NCBI GenBank assembly: GCA_031278215.1
Contig: JAITKV010000012.1
Span: 4,874-68,873, forward strand
Length of the DNA: 64,000 nt
Direction of reading: 5' to 3'
From: Spirochaetaceae bacterium
GTDB lineage: Bacteria; Spirochaetota; Spirochaetia; Treponematales; Breznakiellaceae
The translations under genes and the position numbers were made by a program. Below are positions 48,401 through 57,225 of the stretch, in pieces. Under the pieces are notes generated by a model, which worked only from the letters and a program-made list of their open reading frames with translations, ran no database searches and was not told the DNA's origin. Each line of letters begins with the position of its first letter. The first letter of the stretch is position 1.

Positions 48401-49244
48401 CATAGGCGCCCAGGTTGTTGGGAAGCCCCGCATTGGGATGGCAGCTTACAAGAAAGGGGGTAATGGACGAAAGAACCGCCAGGGAGGGAAGAATTTTTTC
48501 TGCCCCCAGGGAACAGTTAAGTCCCAGGGACCAGGGGTTTGCATGGGATACGGAAACCGCAAAGGCTTCCAGAGTTTGCCCCGAAAGGATCCGTCCCGAG
48601 GCGTCCGAAATAGTGGCGGAGATCATCAAGGGGATGTTTTTGTTTCGCTCTTCCCGAAGCCGCAGGATCGCGGCAATCGCCGCCTTGGCGTTAAGGGTGT
48701 CGAAAATTGTTTCCAGCAGAAGGATCTGGGCGCCGCCGTCCAAAAGCCCCCGGGCATTGTCGTAATAGGCGGCTTCCAGTTCGTCCCAGCTTATGCTCCG
48801 GCGGCCCGGATCGTCCATGTCCGGGGAGATGCTTCCGCTCTTGGAAGTGGGCCCCATGCTTCCTGCGACAAACCGGGGCTTTTCGGGGGAGGAAAATTTT
48901 TCCGCCGCTTCCCGGGCAAGGGCGGCGGCGGCCCTGCTTATTTCATAGGCCATGCCCTCCAGACCGTAATCCGCCAGGGAAACGGAAGTAGCATTAAAAC
49001 TGCAGCTGGTTACAATGTCCGCGCCGGCTTTAAGGTAGCCTTCGTGGATAGAAGAAATAAGCCCGGGCCGGGTAATGCAAAGCAGATCGTTACATCCTTG
49101 CAGATTCACCGGATGGGAAGCGAATTCCCGGCCCCGGTATTCCGCTTCCCCTAATTTATGGGTAAGGATAATAGAACCCATAGCCCCGTCGAGGATAAGG
49201 ATCCGATCCCGGACTATGCGATCCAATTGTTTTTGAATATCCAT
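45480..49244 (-). CDS. metH: Cobalamin-dependent methionine synthase
   Basis: 1254 aa with all five modules: Hcy-binding (GGCCGTTPEHI), pterin-binding, B12 cap and binding (DVHDIGKNIV), and the AdoMet activation domain. Confidence 0.95.
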   Translation of the reverse strand: MDIQKQLDRIVRDRILILDGAMGSIILTHKLGEAEYRGREFASHPVNLQGCNDLLCITRPGLISSIHEGYLKAGADIVTSCSFNATSVSLADYGLEGMAYEISRAAAALAREAAEKFSSPEKPRFVAGSMGPTSKSGSISPDMDDPGRRSISWDELEAAYYDNARGLLDGGAQILLLETIFDTLNAKAAIAAILRLREERNKNIPLMISATISDASGRILSGQTLEAFAVSVSHANPWSLGLNCSLGAEKILPSLAVLSSITPFLVSCHPNAGLPNNLGAYDEGPGETAAYIKEFLDRKLVNILGGCCGTTPEHIAAIADLAKDYKPRQIPAPEKRTVLAGLEPLPVGKEFIDIGERTNVAGSKKFLRLVQNNSWEEALDMTREMIAGGARIIDVCMDDALLPGKETMVRFLNLMLSDPEIARAPVMPDSSRWEILEAALKCIQGKGLVNSISLKEGEEEFLYRARLIRRYGAAAVVMLFDEQGQALSYERKIEIAERSYRILTGAGFPPADIVFDPNVLTIATGMGEHDRYALDFIRACAWIREHCPAVHISGGISNLSFSFRGNEEIRRALHAVFLKHAIDAGLSMGILNPAGIVSYDEVRIELRKAAEDAVLCRDTGQSSTDRLLALGAGEKQEDSGGGAIPRWRALAAEARIVHGLLKGIDKYIQDDVLELYARGLQPLEIIEGPLMQGIEEVGERFGEGKMFLPQVIRSARVMKKAVAALEPFMAGTGDGQGAGKIVLATVKGDVHDIGKNIVSVILGCNGYKVIDLGVMVPAEIILKTAQEANADCVGLSGLISPSLDEMVRVAEAMEKERFTLPLLIGGAATGVAHTSLRIAPAYSGPVVYVRDAGQTPPVIRSLLSPKTRAAFLEKLEKEYAEARRLHKRIGENRLFLGLEEARAHKFSPPWKEPPPPPHARGIISYTGYPLERVIPYIDWKDFYASWDLPKDPAADTPEGGGPGAAKGTEARQKFAADAEKLLERIQKEKLLSLRAVLGFFPALSEDEDIVLYRDGAGGEGSRGFSTEEELGRFCFLRNQEKKPAGGPDPGTAGPLGGRPNLCLADFILPKTKYLDPGAAASSADWLGLFALSAGFGLEEPVAQYKSQNDDYSALLLASLANRLAEAFAEELHERVRRELWGYSPQENLSRKNLFRGAYRGIRPAFGYAACPDHRDKELCFRLLEVPKRIGLMLTESAMISPAASICGMYFSHPQACYFGAGEIAKDQLEAWAKRKGISLEEARRRTGRITLPDE

Positions 49245-49300
49245 ACTAGAAATTAAAACAGAAACGGCGTGATTTTTCCAGACAAAGTATAAGGTTCAAG

Positions 49301-49333
49301 CTATTCCCTGACAATTTAATTGTCAGGGAATAG
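49301..49333. repeat. Perfect 33-bp palindrome, copy C, in the metH/MTHFR-like divergent intergenic region
   Basis: CTATTCCCTGACAATT-T-AATTGTCAGGGAATAG, with 16-bp perfect arms. Confidence 0.9.
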
Positions 49334-49384
49334 CGTTTGTAAGGGTTGTTGATTTCATTGGCAGAAAGATTTACCTTTATATAC

Positions 49385-50203
49385 ATGGATGTATCTTTGG
49401 AAATTGTTCCCCGCAGTTTTCTTTCTTTGAAGGAAGACTTTTTGCTTTGCCGATCCTACGACGCCATAAACTGCATCAATTTTCCCGACTTAACCCGGTT
49501 TTCGATCCGCTCCTGGGAAGCCTGCGCTTCCTTTCCGCGGGATACGGGTACGGACGCCGCAGGTGCGGAAGCGGCGCTTCCCGTTCTTATGCCGCATCTG
49601 CGGGCCCGGGATTTTTCGCCGGATGCGCCCTTTCCCCTGCGGGGGTACTTTCGAAAATGGAATATCCGCCGGGTCCTGGTGATTGCGGGGGATCCGCCGA
49701 ATGACGGCGGAAACAAGCCGGGGGAGGATTTTTTCCGGTATCCCCCGGTTCTTTCCCGGAAATGCCCGGAAGAAACCGCCACGGTGGTGTTTATCAAAAA
49801 ACTTAGGACAGAAATGCCGGAGCTTGAAATTTACGTTGCGTTTGATCCCTACCGGACCAATATCCGCTACGAGCTGGATTACCTGGAACAAAAAGAAAAA
49901 GCGGGCGCCGTAGGGTTTATGAGCCAGCCGTTTTTTGATTTACGGCTTCTGGAAATTTATGCCGAATACCTGGAGGGCAAGCAGGTTTTTTGGGGAGTTG
50001 CCCCGGTCCTTAGCATGCAAAGCCAGGCGTATTGGGAATCCCGGAACCGGGCGGTTTTTCCCCGGTCCTTTAGGGCCGATATTACCTGGAATATCGATTT
50101 TGCAAAGCGGGTGTTTAATTTCTGCGGGCGTAACAATTTTAACCTTTACCTTATGCCCATTAAGCTGAATTTAAAAACATACCTTCGGGGAATTTTTGGA
50201 TGA
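49385..50203 (+). CDS. metF: Methylenetetrahydrofolate reductase family protein (short MetF-like)
   Basis: VSLEIVPR...., VLVIAGDPP and GFMSQPFFD patterns of the MTHFR TIM barrel, next to metH. The start was chosen at MDVSLEI. Confidence 0.7.
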   Translation: MDVSLEIVPRSFLSLKEDFLLCRSYDAINCINFPDLTRFSIRSWEACASFPRDTGTDAAGAEAALPVLMPHLRARDFSPDAPFPLRGYFRKWNIRRVLVIAGDPPNDGGNKPGEDFFRYPPVLSRKCPEETATVVFIKKLRTEMPELEIYVAFDPYRTNIRYELDYLEQKEKAGAVGFMSQPFFDLRLLEIYAEYLEGKQVFWGVAPVLSMQSQAYWESRNRAVFPRSFRADITWNIDFAKRVFNFCGRNNFNLYLMPIKLNLKTYLRGIFG

Positions 50204-51567
50204 TAGAGCCGGCAAAAAAATTTTCTCTTTTTAGCGACCGTCAATTTTACCGGTCCCTGCTTACCTTGGCGGTTCCTATTATGCTCCAGAACCTGATTAA
50301 TTCATTTGTAAACATAATTGACACGGTAATGATAGGAAGGCTGGGAACCGCCGCCATAGCTGCGGTGGGTTTGGGAAATCAGGTGTTTTTTCTTTTTACC
50401 ATGGTCCTCTTTGGCATCTGTTCCGGAGGTTCCATTTTTACCGCCCAGTACTGGGGAAGAAAGGATGTCCAGGGGATACGGAAAAATACGGGGCTTTGCC
50501 TTTTTTTTAATTCGGTCGTAGCCTTAATCTTTACCATTCTTGTGCTTACTATTCCGGACCGGATTATCGGGTTCTATTCCCAGGATCCGGAGGTAATCAG
50601 GATCGGGTCGATGTACCTTAAAACCCTGGCCCCCGCGTATGTCCCCTTTGGGATAAGCTTTGTCTTTATAATTACCCTTCGTTCAATTGAACGGGTCCGG
50701 CTTGCCATGGTTTCTACCTTGATTGCCCTTTCCCTTAATATGGGCCTTAACTGGATTTTTATTTTTGGCGCCGGCCCTGTTCCGGCCATGGGGGTTAAGG
50801 GCGCGGCCATTGCTACCGTCATTGCCCGGATTGTCGAAATGCTGATTCTGGTTACCGGGAGTTACCGGCGAAAGTACCAAATGGCGGGGACCCTGCGGGA
50901 ATACACGGGCTTTACCCTGGCTTTTGTAAGCCGGTTTTTTATTATCTCGGGGCCCGTGATCTTTAACGAGTTTATCTGGGCCCTGGGTATAACCGTTCAG
51001 AATATTATTTTTGCCCGGACCGGTACGGACGCCATCGCGGCGTTTAACATAACCAACACCTTTTCCCAGCTTACCTGGGTTGTATTTATCGGCCTTGGAA
51101 ATGGGGTTGCGGTGCTTATTGGGAAAAAAATCGGGGAGGGGGCCAAGGATGTGGCCAGGGATTATGCAAAGCGGATCGTTATATTTGCCACGCTCCTTGC
51201 GGCGGTAATAGCCGCGATCCTGTACCCCTTTTCGCTGCTGCTTCCCTTTATTTTTAACGTAAACCGGCAGGTGCTGGAATATGTCTCGATAATGTTTATT
51301 ATCCTTTGCTGTTCCTACCCCTTCCGGGCCTTTAATATGAACTTGATTGTAGGGGTCTGCCGCGCCGGGGGTGATACGGTTTTCTGTGTCCTTTTTGAGG
51401 TGTTTATTATGTGGGGCTATTCTCTGCCCCTGGGAGCGGCGATGGCTTTTATGGTTCATGCCCCGGTGTGGCTTATATACCTGTGCCTGTGCAGCGAAGA
51501 TGTGTTTAAAATGATCCTTGGCATTTGGCGGCTTAAATCCGGCCGCTGGCTGCGTACCGTAATTTAG
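50200..51567 (+). CDS. MATE family efflux transporter
   Basis: 12 TM helices, N-terminus ...LLTLAVPIMLQNLINSFVNIIDTVMIGRLG, 455 aa. Confidence 0.9.
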   Translation: MIEPAKKFSLFSDRQFYRSLLTLAVPIMLQNLINSFVNIIDTVMIGRLGTAAIAAVGLGNQVFFLFTMVLFGICSGGSIFTAQYWGRKDVQGIRKNTGLCLFFNSVVALIFTILVLTIPDRIIGFYSQDPEVIRIGSMYLKTLAPAYVPFGISFVFIITLRSIERVRLAMVSTLIALSLNMGLNWIFIFGAGPVPAMGVKGAAIATVIARIVEMLILVTGSYRRKYQMAGTLREYTGFTLAFVSRFFIISGPVIFNEFIWALGITVQNIIFARTGTDAIAAFNITNTFSQLTWVVFIGLGNGVAVLIGKKIGEGAKDVARDYAKRIVIFATLLAAVIAAILYPFSLLLPFIFNVNRQVLEYVSIMFIILCCSYPFRAFNMNLIVGVCRAGGDTVFCVLFEVFIMWGYSLPLGAAMAFMVHAPVWLIYLCLCSEDVFKMILGIWRLKSGRWLRTVI

Positions 51568-51690
51568 CCCCCTATAGCGTCTGCCCCCCCCTCGCGGTGG
51601 GGGCCTCCTCTTCCAATATCTGTTTGCGAATGATATTCCCCGTAGCAAAGACTGAAAAAAAGTGATAAACTACCGATATATAAACGGGAT

Positions 51691-52359
51691 ATGAAAAAAT
51701 TATGGATTTTTAGCCTTGTTTTTTTCTTTTCGTATTCTCTGCGGGCCCAGGAAGGACCCCCGGATTCCGCCGGCGGGGCAGGGGGCCGCAGCGCCGCCGA
51801 AGTGCCGGCGGCTGGTCGGTCCGCCGGCCCGGCGCCTGATTCGCCGGCCGATCCGTTCGATCCGGCGGTCGATCCGGCGGTCGATCCGGCGGCCAATCCG
51901 GCGGCCAATCCGGCGGCCATTGCGGCAACTTCCGCGGAAAAAGAGCTTCCCGAGCTGGACATAGAAGTTCTGCTTCGCCGGCGCATTACCGAAATGGCCC
52001 AGGAATACCTGGGAGTTCCCTATAAATATGCGGGGATTACTCCCGAAGGCTTTGACTGTACCGGGCTGGTATATTTTGTATACCGGGAGGCGGCGGGAAT
52101 GGAAGTGTCCCGTTCCAGCGTGGGCATTTGGAACAGCGGAAAAAAAATACCCCTGGCCCAGGTGCAGCCGGGGGACGTACTGGTGTTTACCACCATCCGG
52201 CCCGGCGCAAGCCATGCCGGAATTGTGCTTGAAAACGGATCCCGGGGAATACTTTTTATTCACGCCGCATCCCAGGGGTCAAAAACCGGGGTGATTATTT
52301 CCAACCTTAACGAAAATTACTACAAAGCCAGGGTTATGGGGGCCCGGAGTTATTTTTAA
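51691..52359 (+). CDS. NlpC/P60 (C40) family peptidoglycan endopeptidase
   Basis: Signal peptide, a (D/N)PA(V/A) repeat linker, the catalytic motif GFDCTGLVYFVY, and ...PGDVLVF....HAGIVL. Confidence 0.85.
   Translation: MKKLWIFSLVFFFSYSLRAQEGPPDSAGGAGGRSAAEVPAAGRSAGPAPDSPADPFDPAVDPAVDPAANPAANPAAIAATSAEKELPELDIEVLLRRRITEMAQEYLGVPYKYAGITPEGFDCTGLVYFVYREAAGMEVSRSSVGIWNSGKKIPLAQVQPGDVLVFTTIRPGASHAGIVLENGSRGILFIHAASQGSKTGVIISNLNENYYKARVMGARSYF
51850..51926 (+). repeat. 12-bp tandem coding repeat (GATCCGGCGGTC / AATCCGGCGGCC) about 6 units
   Basis: Encodes DPAV DPAV DPAA NPAA NPAA in the linker of the C40 peptidase. Confidence 0.8.
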
Positions 52360-52889
52360 ACCGCGTCGAAGCCCGCCCTGATCGCTTCCACATTTTTGGG
52401 AATGAATTTATGCTTGTCCGGAGAAAAAAAATCCTGCAGGATCCCTTCAATTTCCGTTAAAGCCAGGGCGCCGGTTAATTTTGCCATTGCCCCCAGGGCT
52501 ACCATGTTGGCAAAACGCAGGCTGCCTATTTTTTCGGCCAAACCGGATGCTTCAAGTTCTACCGCCCGGATATTGTTTCGGCGGGGTTTTTCTTTAACCA
52601 GGCTTGTATTTATAAGCATAAGGCCCTTTTCTTTAAGAATTCCTTCGCAAATGGGAAGGGAGTCGCTGTTCATTACCAGGGCCGAATCGGGGGTGCTTAC
52701 CAGGGGGCTGGCAATTTCGCTGTCCGAGACAATTACACTGGCCCGGGCGACGCCGCCCCGTTTTTCCGCGCCGTAAAAAGGAAAGAAGGTAACGTTTTTT
52801 CCTTCTTTCATGGCGCAGTATACCCAGATCTGCCCCAGGGAAACGATCCCCTGGCCGCCGAAACCGGCAAAGAAAGATTTTTCTGTCAT
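52356..52889 (-). CDS. 2-oxoacid:ferredoxin oxidoreductase, gamma subunit
   Basis: The start MTEKSFFAGFGGQGIVSLG is typical of gamma subunits. It is the last gene of a four-gene operon. The longer ORF-track start is unlikely. Confidence 0.85.
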   Translation of the reverse strand: MTEKSFFAGFGGQGIVSLGQIWVYCAMKEGKNVTFFPFYGAEKRGGVARASVIVSDSEIASPLVSTPDSALVMNSDSLPICEGILKEKGLMLINTSLVKEKPRRNNIRAVELEASGLAEKIGSLRFANMVALGAMAKLTGALALTEIEGILQDFFSPDKHKFIPKNVEAIRAGFDAV

Positions 52890-52923
52890 AGCTTGGTCCT
52901 TTGGAAAAGGGTGATGCTTGTTT

Positions 52924-53733
52924 TCATGCGGCGTCCGATCCGCTTGTTTTGCCGCCGGGAATCGCCGCGGCGGTCCGTATCGCACCGGTTCCAAGGTTGT
53001 TTTTTATCTCTCCCAGGGGAAACGCGGGGATCATATTATCTTCCAGCCACTCCACGGACTGTTCGGGATCCATGCTCCAGTTTGTTGGACAGGGGGAAAG
53101 GATCTCTACCATGGTAAAACCAATCCCCGCCATTTGGGCTTCAAAGGCCTTTTTAATGTACCCCTGGGTTTTGCGGACATTGGCGGCGTTGTTCACCGCC
53201 CCCCGGGCTATATACTGGGTTCCGTCCAGGCAGGCCAGCAGCTCGCAGACCCGGATAGGATAACCCATGCCTGCCTGTCCGGGATCCCTGCCGTAGGGGG
53301 CGGTGGAGGCTTTCTGGCCCAACAGGGTTGTGGGGGCCATCTGTCCGCCGGTCATGCCGTAAATAGCGTTGTTTACAAAAATAGTGGTAAACCGCTCGCC
53401 CCGGTTTGCGGCATGGAGCATCTCCGCGGCGCCTATGGCGGCAAGATCCCCGTCCCCCTGGTAACAGATTACCAGGTGATCCGGCAACACCCGTTTAACC
53501 CCGGTGGCGGCTGCCGGAGTCCTGCCGTGGGGGGGCTGGACCGAGTCAAAGTTAAAATAAAGGTCTGCCCAAATGGCGCATCCCACCGGATTCGTTATTA
53601 TCGCCCTGTCCCGCAGCCCCATGCCGTCGATAAGCTGGGCAATTATTCTGTGTATAATCCCGTGGCCGCAGCCGCCGCAGTATTTTGTTTGCACCCGGCA
53701 CAGGCTTTCCGGGTATCCGTAAAGTTTTTTCAT
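52924..53733 (-). CDS. 2-oxoacid:ferredoxin oxidoreductase, beta subunit (TPP-binding)
   Basis: YCGGCGHG and GDGD...IG.....A.....N...IFVNN..YGMTGGQ TPP motif. Confidence 0.9.
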   Translation of the reverse strand: MKKLYGYPESLCRVQTKYCGGCGHGIIHRIIAQLIDGMGLRDRAIITNPVGCAIWADLYFNFDSVQPPHGRTPAAATGVKRVLPDHLVICYQGDGDLAAIGAAEMLHAANRGERFTTIFVNNAIYGMTGGQMAPTTLLGQKASTAPYGRDPGQAGMGYPIRVCELLACLDGTQYIARGAVNNAANVRKTQGYIKKAFEAQMAGIGFTMVEILSPCPTNWSMDPEQSVEWLEDNMIPAFPLGEIKNNLGTGAIRTAAAIPGGKTSGSDAA

Positions 53734-54851
53734 TTTTCCAGGATCCTTTTTATTTCTTTAAAAACTTCTTCTTCCGTGGGAATAACCCCCCCCGAATGAC
53801 CCAGTAAATGTACTTTTCCCCGGGAAGAAGACTCCGGAACTTCCAGGGTTGAAAGTTTTACATCTTCCAATAATTGTCCCAGGCTCATTTCCACCGTAAG
53901 CAGGGGTTTTCCCGCGGCGGCGATTTTTCCCAGGGCCCTGTAGGGAAAGGGCCACAGGGTAATGGGTCTAAAAATAGCCGCCCGGATCCCTGCCTTTTCC
54001 GCCAGATCTTTGGCGCCCATGCACACCCTCGCGCTGGTTCCGTAGGCCACCAGAGTAATTTCCGCATCCGCAAAGGCGTCTCCGGCGCCGTAAAAAATTT
54101 TTCCGGCATTAAAGGGTTCCGCATATTCGTAACAGGTTTCTTTGGCCTTAATTTCCTCATAGCGCTTATACCGGACCAGGGTAACCTGTTCAAGTTCTTC
54201 GGGAACCAGATGGATCGAGGTAATATGCCGGGGATCCCGGTTCCGCAAATTGCCGACGATCCAATTCCGCCGGGGAAGTTCGGCGGGGGATTTTTCTTTG
54301 GGCAAAACCACCCCTTCCATCATCTGGCCCAGCATGCCGTCGGCCAGAACGATCACCGGCATGCGGTATTCGTCGGCTAAATCAAAGGCCCTGTAGGTAA
54401 AATCGGCGCATTCCTGGACGCTTTTGGGCCCCAGGACAATACAGTAATAATCGCCGTGCCCCCCGCCCCGGGTGGACTGGAAATAATCCGCCTGGGAAGG
54501 GGCGATGGAACCAAGCCCCGGCCCGCCCCGGACCACGTTAACTAATACCAGGGGTATATCCGCCCCCGCGGCATAAGATATTCCTTCCTGCTTTAGGCTG
54601 ATTCCCGGGCTGGAAGAGCTTGTCATGGCCCGGCTTCCCGCACAGGATGCGCCGTAGACCATGTTGATGGCGGCGGTTTCGCTTTCGGCCTGAATAAATA
54701 TCCGGTTTTTATCCAGCATGTGTTTTGCCATGTAGCTGGTAATTTCGTTTTGAGGTGTAATAGGATAGCCAAAATAAGCGCCGCACCCTGCCCGGATCGC
54801 AGCTTCGCTGATGGCTTCGTTGCCTTTCATTAGTACTTTTTCATTGTTCAT
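53730..54851 (-). CDS. 2-oxoacid:ferredoxin oxidoreductase, alpha subunit
   Basis: MKGNEAISEAAIRAGC..YFGYPITPQNEI is a typical KorA/VorB N-terminus. Its stop overlaps the beta-subunit start. Confidence 0.9.
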   Translation of the reverse strand: MNNEKVLMKGNEAISEAAIRAGCGAYFGYPITPQNEITSYMAKHMLDKNRIFIQAESETAAINMVYGASCAGSRAMTSSSSPGISLKQEGISYAAGADIPLVLVNVVRGGPGLGSIAPSQADYFQSTRGGGHGDYYCIVLGPKSVQECADFTYRAFDLADEYRMPVIVLADGMLGQMMEGVVLPKEKSPAELPRRNWIVGNLRNRDPRHITSIHLVPEELEQVTLVRYKRYEEIKAKETCYEYAEPFNAGKIFYGAGDAFADAEITLVAYGTSARVCMGAKDLAEKAGIRAAIFRPITLWPFPYRALGKIAAAGKPLLTVEMSLGQLLEDVKLSTLEVPESSSRGKVHLLGHSGGVIPTEEEVFKEIKRILEK

Positions 54852-54900
54852 CGCAGCCTCTGTATCGGCGCCGGCGGCGCATTGTATACGTTACGGGGCA

Positions 54901-55131
54901 TCAGAGCTCCGCCCCTTCAAGTTCGTAGATCTCTATGCACACATCCGGGCAAACCTGGTAACAGTTTCCGCAGGCGATACACTTTTCCGGATGTGCCGGG
55001 ACCGAAGGATAGAGCCCCTGGGAATTTACCTCCGCGTCTTTTTCCAGCACCTTTATTGGACAGGCCCTAATGCACAGATAACATCCCTTGCATAGTTCCC
55101 GGTCAATGATAATTTTTCCCCTTCTGGCCAT
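54901..55131 (-). CDS. 4Fe-4S dicluster ferredoxin-type delta subunit
   Basis: CKGCYLCIRACP and CIACGNCYQVCP. The start is taken at MARRGKIII, preceded by AAGGAGG. An ATG at 55155 is an alternative. Confidence 0.8.
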   Translation of the reverse strand: MARRGKIIIDRELCKGCYLCIRACPIKVLEKDAEVNSQGLYPSVPAHPEKCIACGNCYQVCPDVCIEIYELEGAEL

Positions 55132-55352
55132 GTTGGTAAACAGCCTCCTTACCATGAGTAAACTTTATATTCTTAAATGGAATTACCTGCAACTTAAAAT
55201 AGTATATACAAAAAGATATTTTTAATCTATACACCACAGGGTTTATTTTAAAACTATACACAATAGATTTTGGTTTGCCAGGTAAGAAATTGGCGGTTCC
55301 TTTGATAAGATCTACGGTTTCTTGACTTCTGTGTATATAAGGGGTATCCTTT

Positions 55353-56147
55353 GTGCGAAGTAAGGTGGATAAAAAAAGCTGGGCGGCCCTTGTTCCCGTC
55401 ATAACCCGGTATAAATGTTTTATTACGGCGCTGGCCGCCCGGCTTCCCGGTCTGGCCGAGTGCATCCAGCGTTTGGTGGACGAGCGCGAAGGTCCTTCGT
55501 ATACCGTAAAAACCCCCGTGGTGTATAACGGCGCGTTGGAAGATATTACCGCCCTCGATAACATACACATAATCCTGGTAGGAGATAATCCCGGCAGGCG
55601 GGAACAGGAACAGGGGCGGTATTTGATAGGGCCTTCGGGAAAAATTGCGGAAACATTTTTTCGGCGGCATCCCGAGCTGGATACGGACTTTAGAAAGCAG
55701 GTGCTTATCTTGAACAAGACCCCGGTCCACACTCCCCGGACTGCGGACCTAAAAGAACTGTGCCGTTTGGGGGGCGGGGGGGTTGCCGGGGCAGTATGGT
55801 CGTCCCAAAGGACCATGGCGGAACTGCTGTATGAATTTTGGAAGGCCCTGGCCAATCCGGGGGGAAGAAAAGCCATTCCGTCAAAAACCCCGGCGGGGGC
55901 CCCGAAGGTTTGGATTACCGGGTATTCGGAAATGAAGGGAAGGGGTATTTTTGAAGCCTATACAGAAAAACTTAGGGACCTCTGCGCCGCGGACGGGGAC
56001 TTCAAAGAAAGCGTATGGCTTTTCCGGCATTTTTCCATGAACCAATTTACCGTCGATCTAAACAAGAAGGCCCTGGCCAAGGAAAGCCTTTTGCAGAGTC
56101 TTGAACGGATTGGCAGGGAATATCATGAACGGATTATAGGATCCTAG
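55353..56147 (+). CDS. Hypothetical protein with weak uracil-DNA-glycosylase-superfamily-like motifs
   Basis: ORF only. [24 protein letters not shown] resembles UDG motif A (G.xPG...E...G.PF.G.aG), and a late RHFS resembles motif B. The assignment is weak and the GTG start is uncertain. Confidence 0.3.
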   Translation: MRSKVDKKSWAALVPVITRYKCFITALAARLPGLAECIQRLVDEREGPSYTVKTPVVYNGALEDITALDNIHIILVGDNPGRREQEQGRYLIGPSGKIAETFFRRHPELDTDFRKQVLILNKTPVHTPRTADLKELCRLGGGGVAGAVWSSQRTMAELLYEFWKALANPGGRKAIPSKTPAGAPKVWITGYSEMKGRGIFEAYTEKLRDLCAADGDFKESVWLFRHFSMNQFTVDLNKKALAKESLLQSLERIGREYHERIIGS

Positions 56148-57225
56148 GCGCCTCCCCGGTCCACTTTAAACTTTGCCACTTCCCGGACCAGCACGTCGAT
56201 GCTTTCCTTGTTTTTCCCGCTGATGGCATTTACCCGGTTTACCGCCACGTTTATCTGATCCGCGCCGGTGGCCATTTCGTTCATTCCGTTGGCGATTTCC
56301 TGGGTTGCCAGTTCCAGGTTCTTGCTTTCCCGGATAACCTGTTTGCTTCCCTCAAGCATTTCTTCGGAACCGCTTTTGACATTTTGGGTTAGATCATTCA
56401 ATTGTCCCACGGCGTCCAGAATTTGCTTGCTCCCCTCTCCTTGTTCTTCCATGGCGTTGCGGATGTTCTCTTCCTGATCCGATACGGTCCTAACCCCGCC
56501 GTCTATGGCCTCGAACTTGTTCAGTACGCTGTCGGTGGAGGCGGTTATTTTGTCGATGGAATCCTTGATCTTTTTTAGAACCGTGGAAATGGTCTTGGAC
56601 TGTTCTCCGGAATTTTCCGCCAGCTTTCGTATTTCGTCGGCCACCACGGCGAATCCCTTGCCCGCTTCCCCGGCATGGGCCGCTTCGATGGCGGCGTTCA
56701 TGGACAGAAGGTTTGTCTGGCTGGCGATGTTTTCCATCACCGCGTTGATCTCCAAAAGCCCCTCGGATTCCCTGGCTATTTCTTGAATGTCCGCGGCCAC
56801 TTCCTGCAGGCCGGAATGGCCTATTTCGGAAGCTTCTATCAATTCTTTTACGTTGCCGGAGTTCTTTACCAGGGTTTGGGTAACAGACTGGACATTGGCG
56901 ATCATCTCTTCAATGGCCGATGAAGACTGGGATACGCTGGCGCTTTGACTGTCCACATGACCTTTAAGTTTATCGATGTTCACGGTGATCTGTTCCATGG
57001 TGGCGTTGGTTTCGGTAACCGATGCGGACTGGTTGATCACCCGGCTCTTGATGCTCTGGATATTGGCGGCAATTTCGTTGATCGCCGCGGCGGTTTCGGT
57101 CATATTGCTGGCCAGCTCGTTCCCGATATCAAAGAGCGTAACGGCCTGATTCTTGATGGTTATCACGAGGTTTTTGATTTTGTCCAGGGTTCCGTTAAAG
57201 GATACGGCCATATCTCCGATCTCGT
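56144..57225 (-). repeat. ~1.1 kb direct repeat, copy 1 (MCP signalling module)
   Basis: Aligns base-for-base by eye with 58611-59690. I estimate roughly nine of ten positions are identical, with no indels noticed in the stretches I compared. Confidence 0.8.

Noticed and set aside
49245-49345. A cobalamin or SAM riboswitch in the metH 5' region.
   Set aside because: No B12-box (GCCACTG-like) or SAM-I/II core could be found on the minus strand. The region is dominated by the 33-bp palindrome, which is reported separately.
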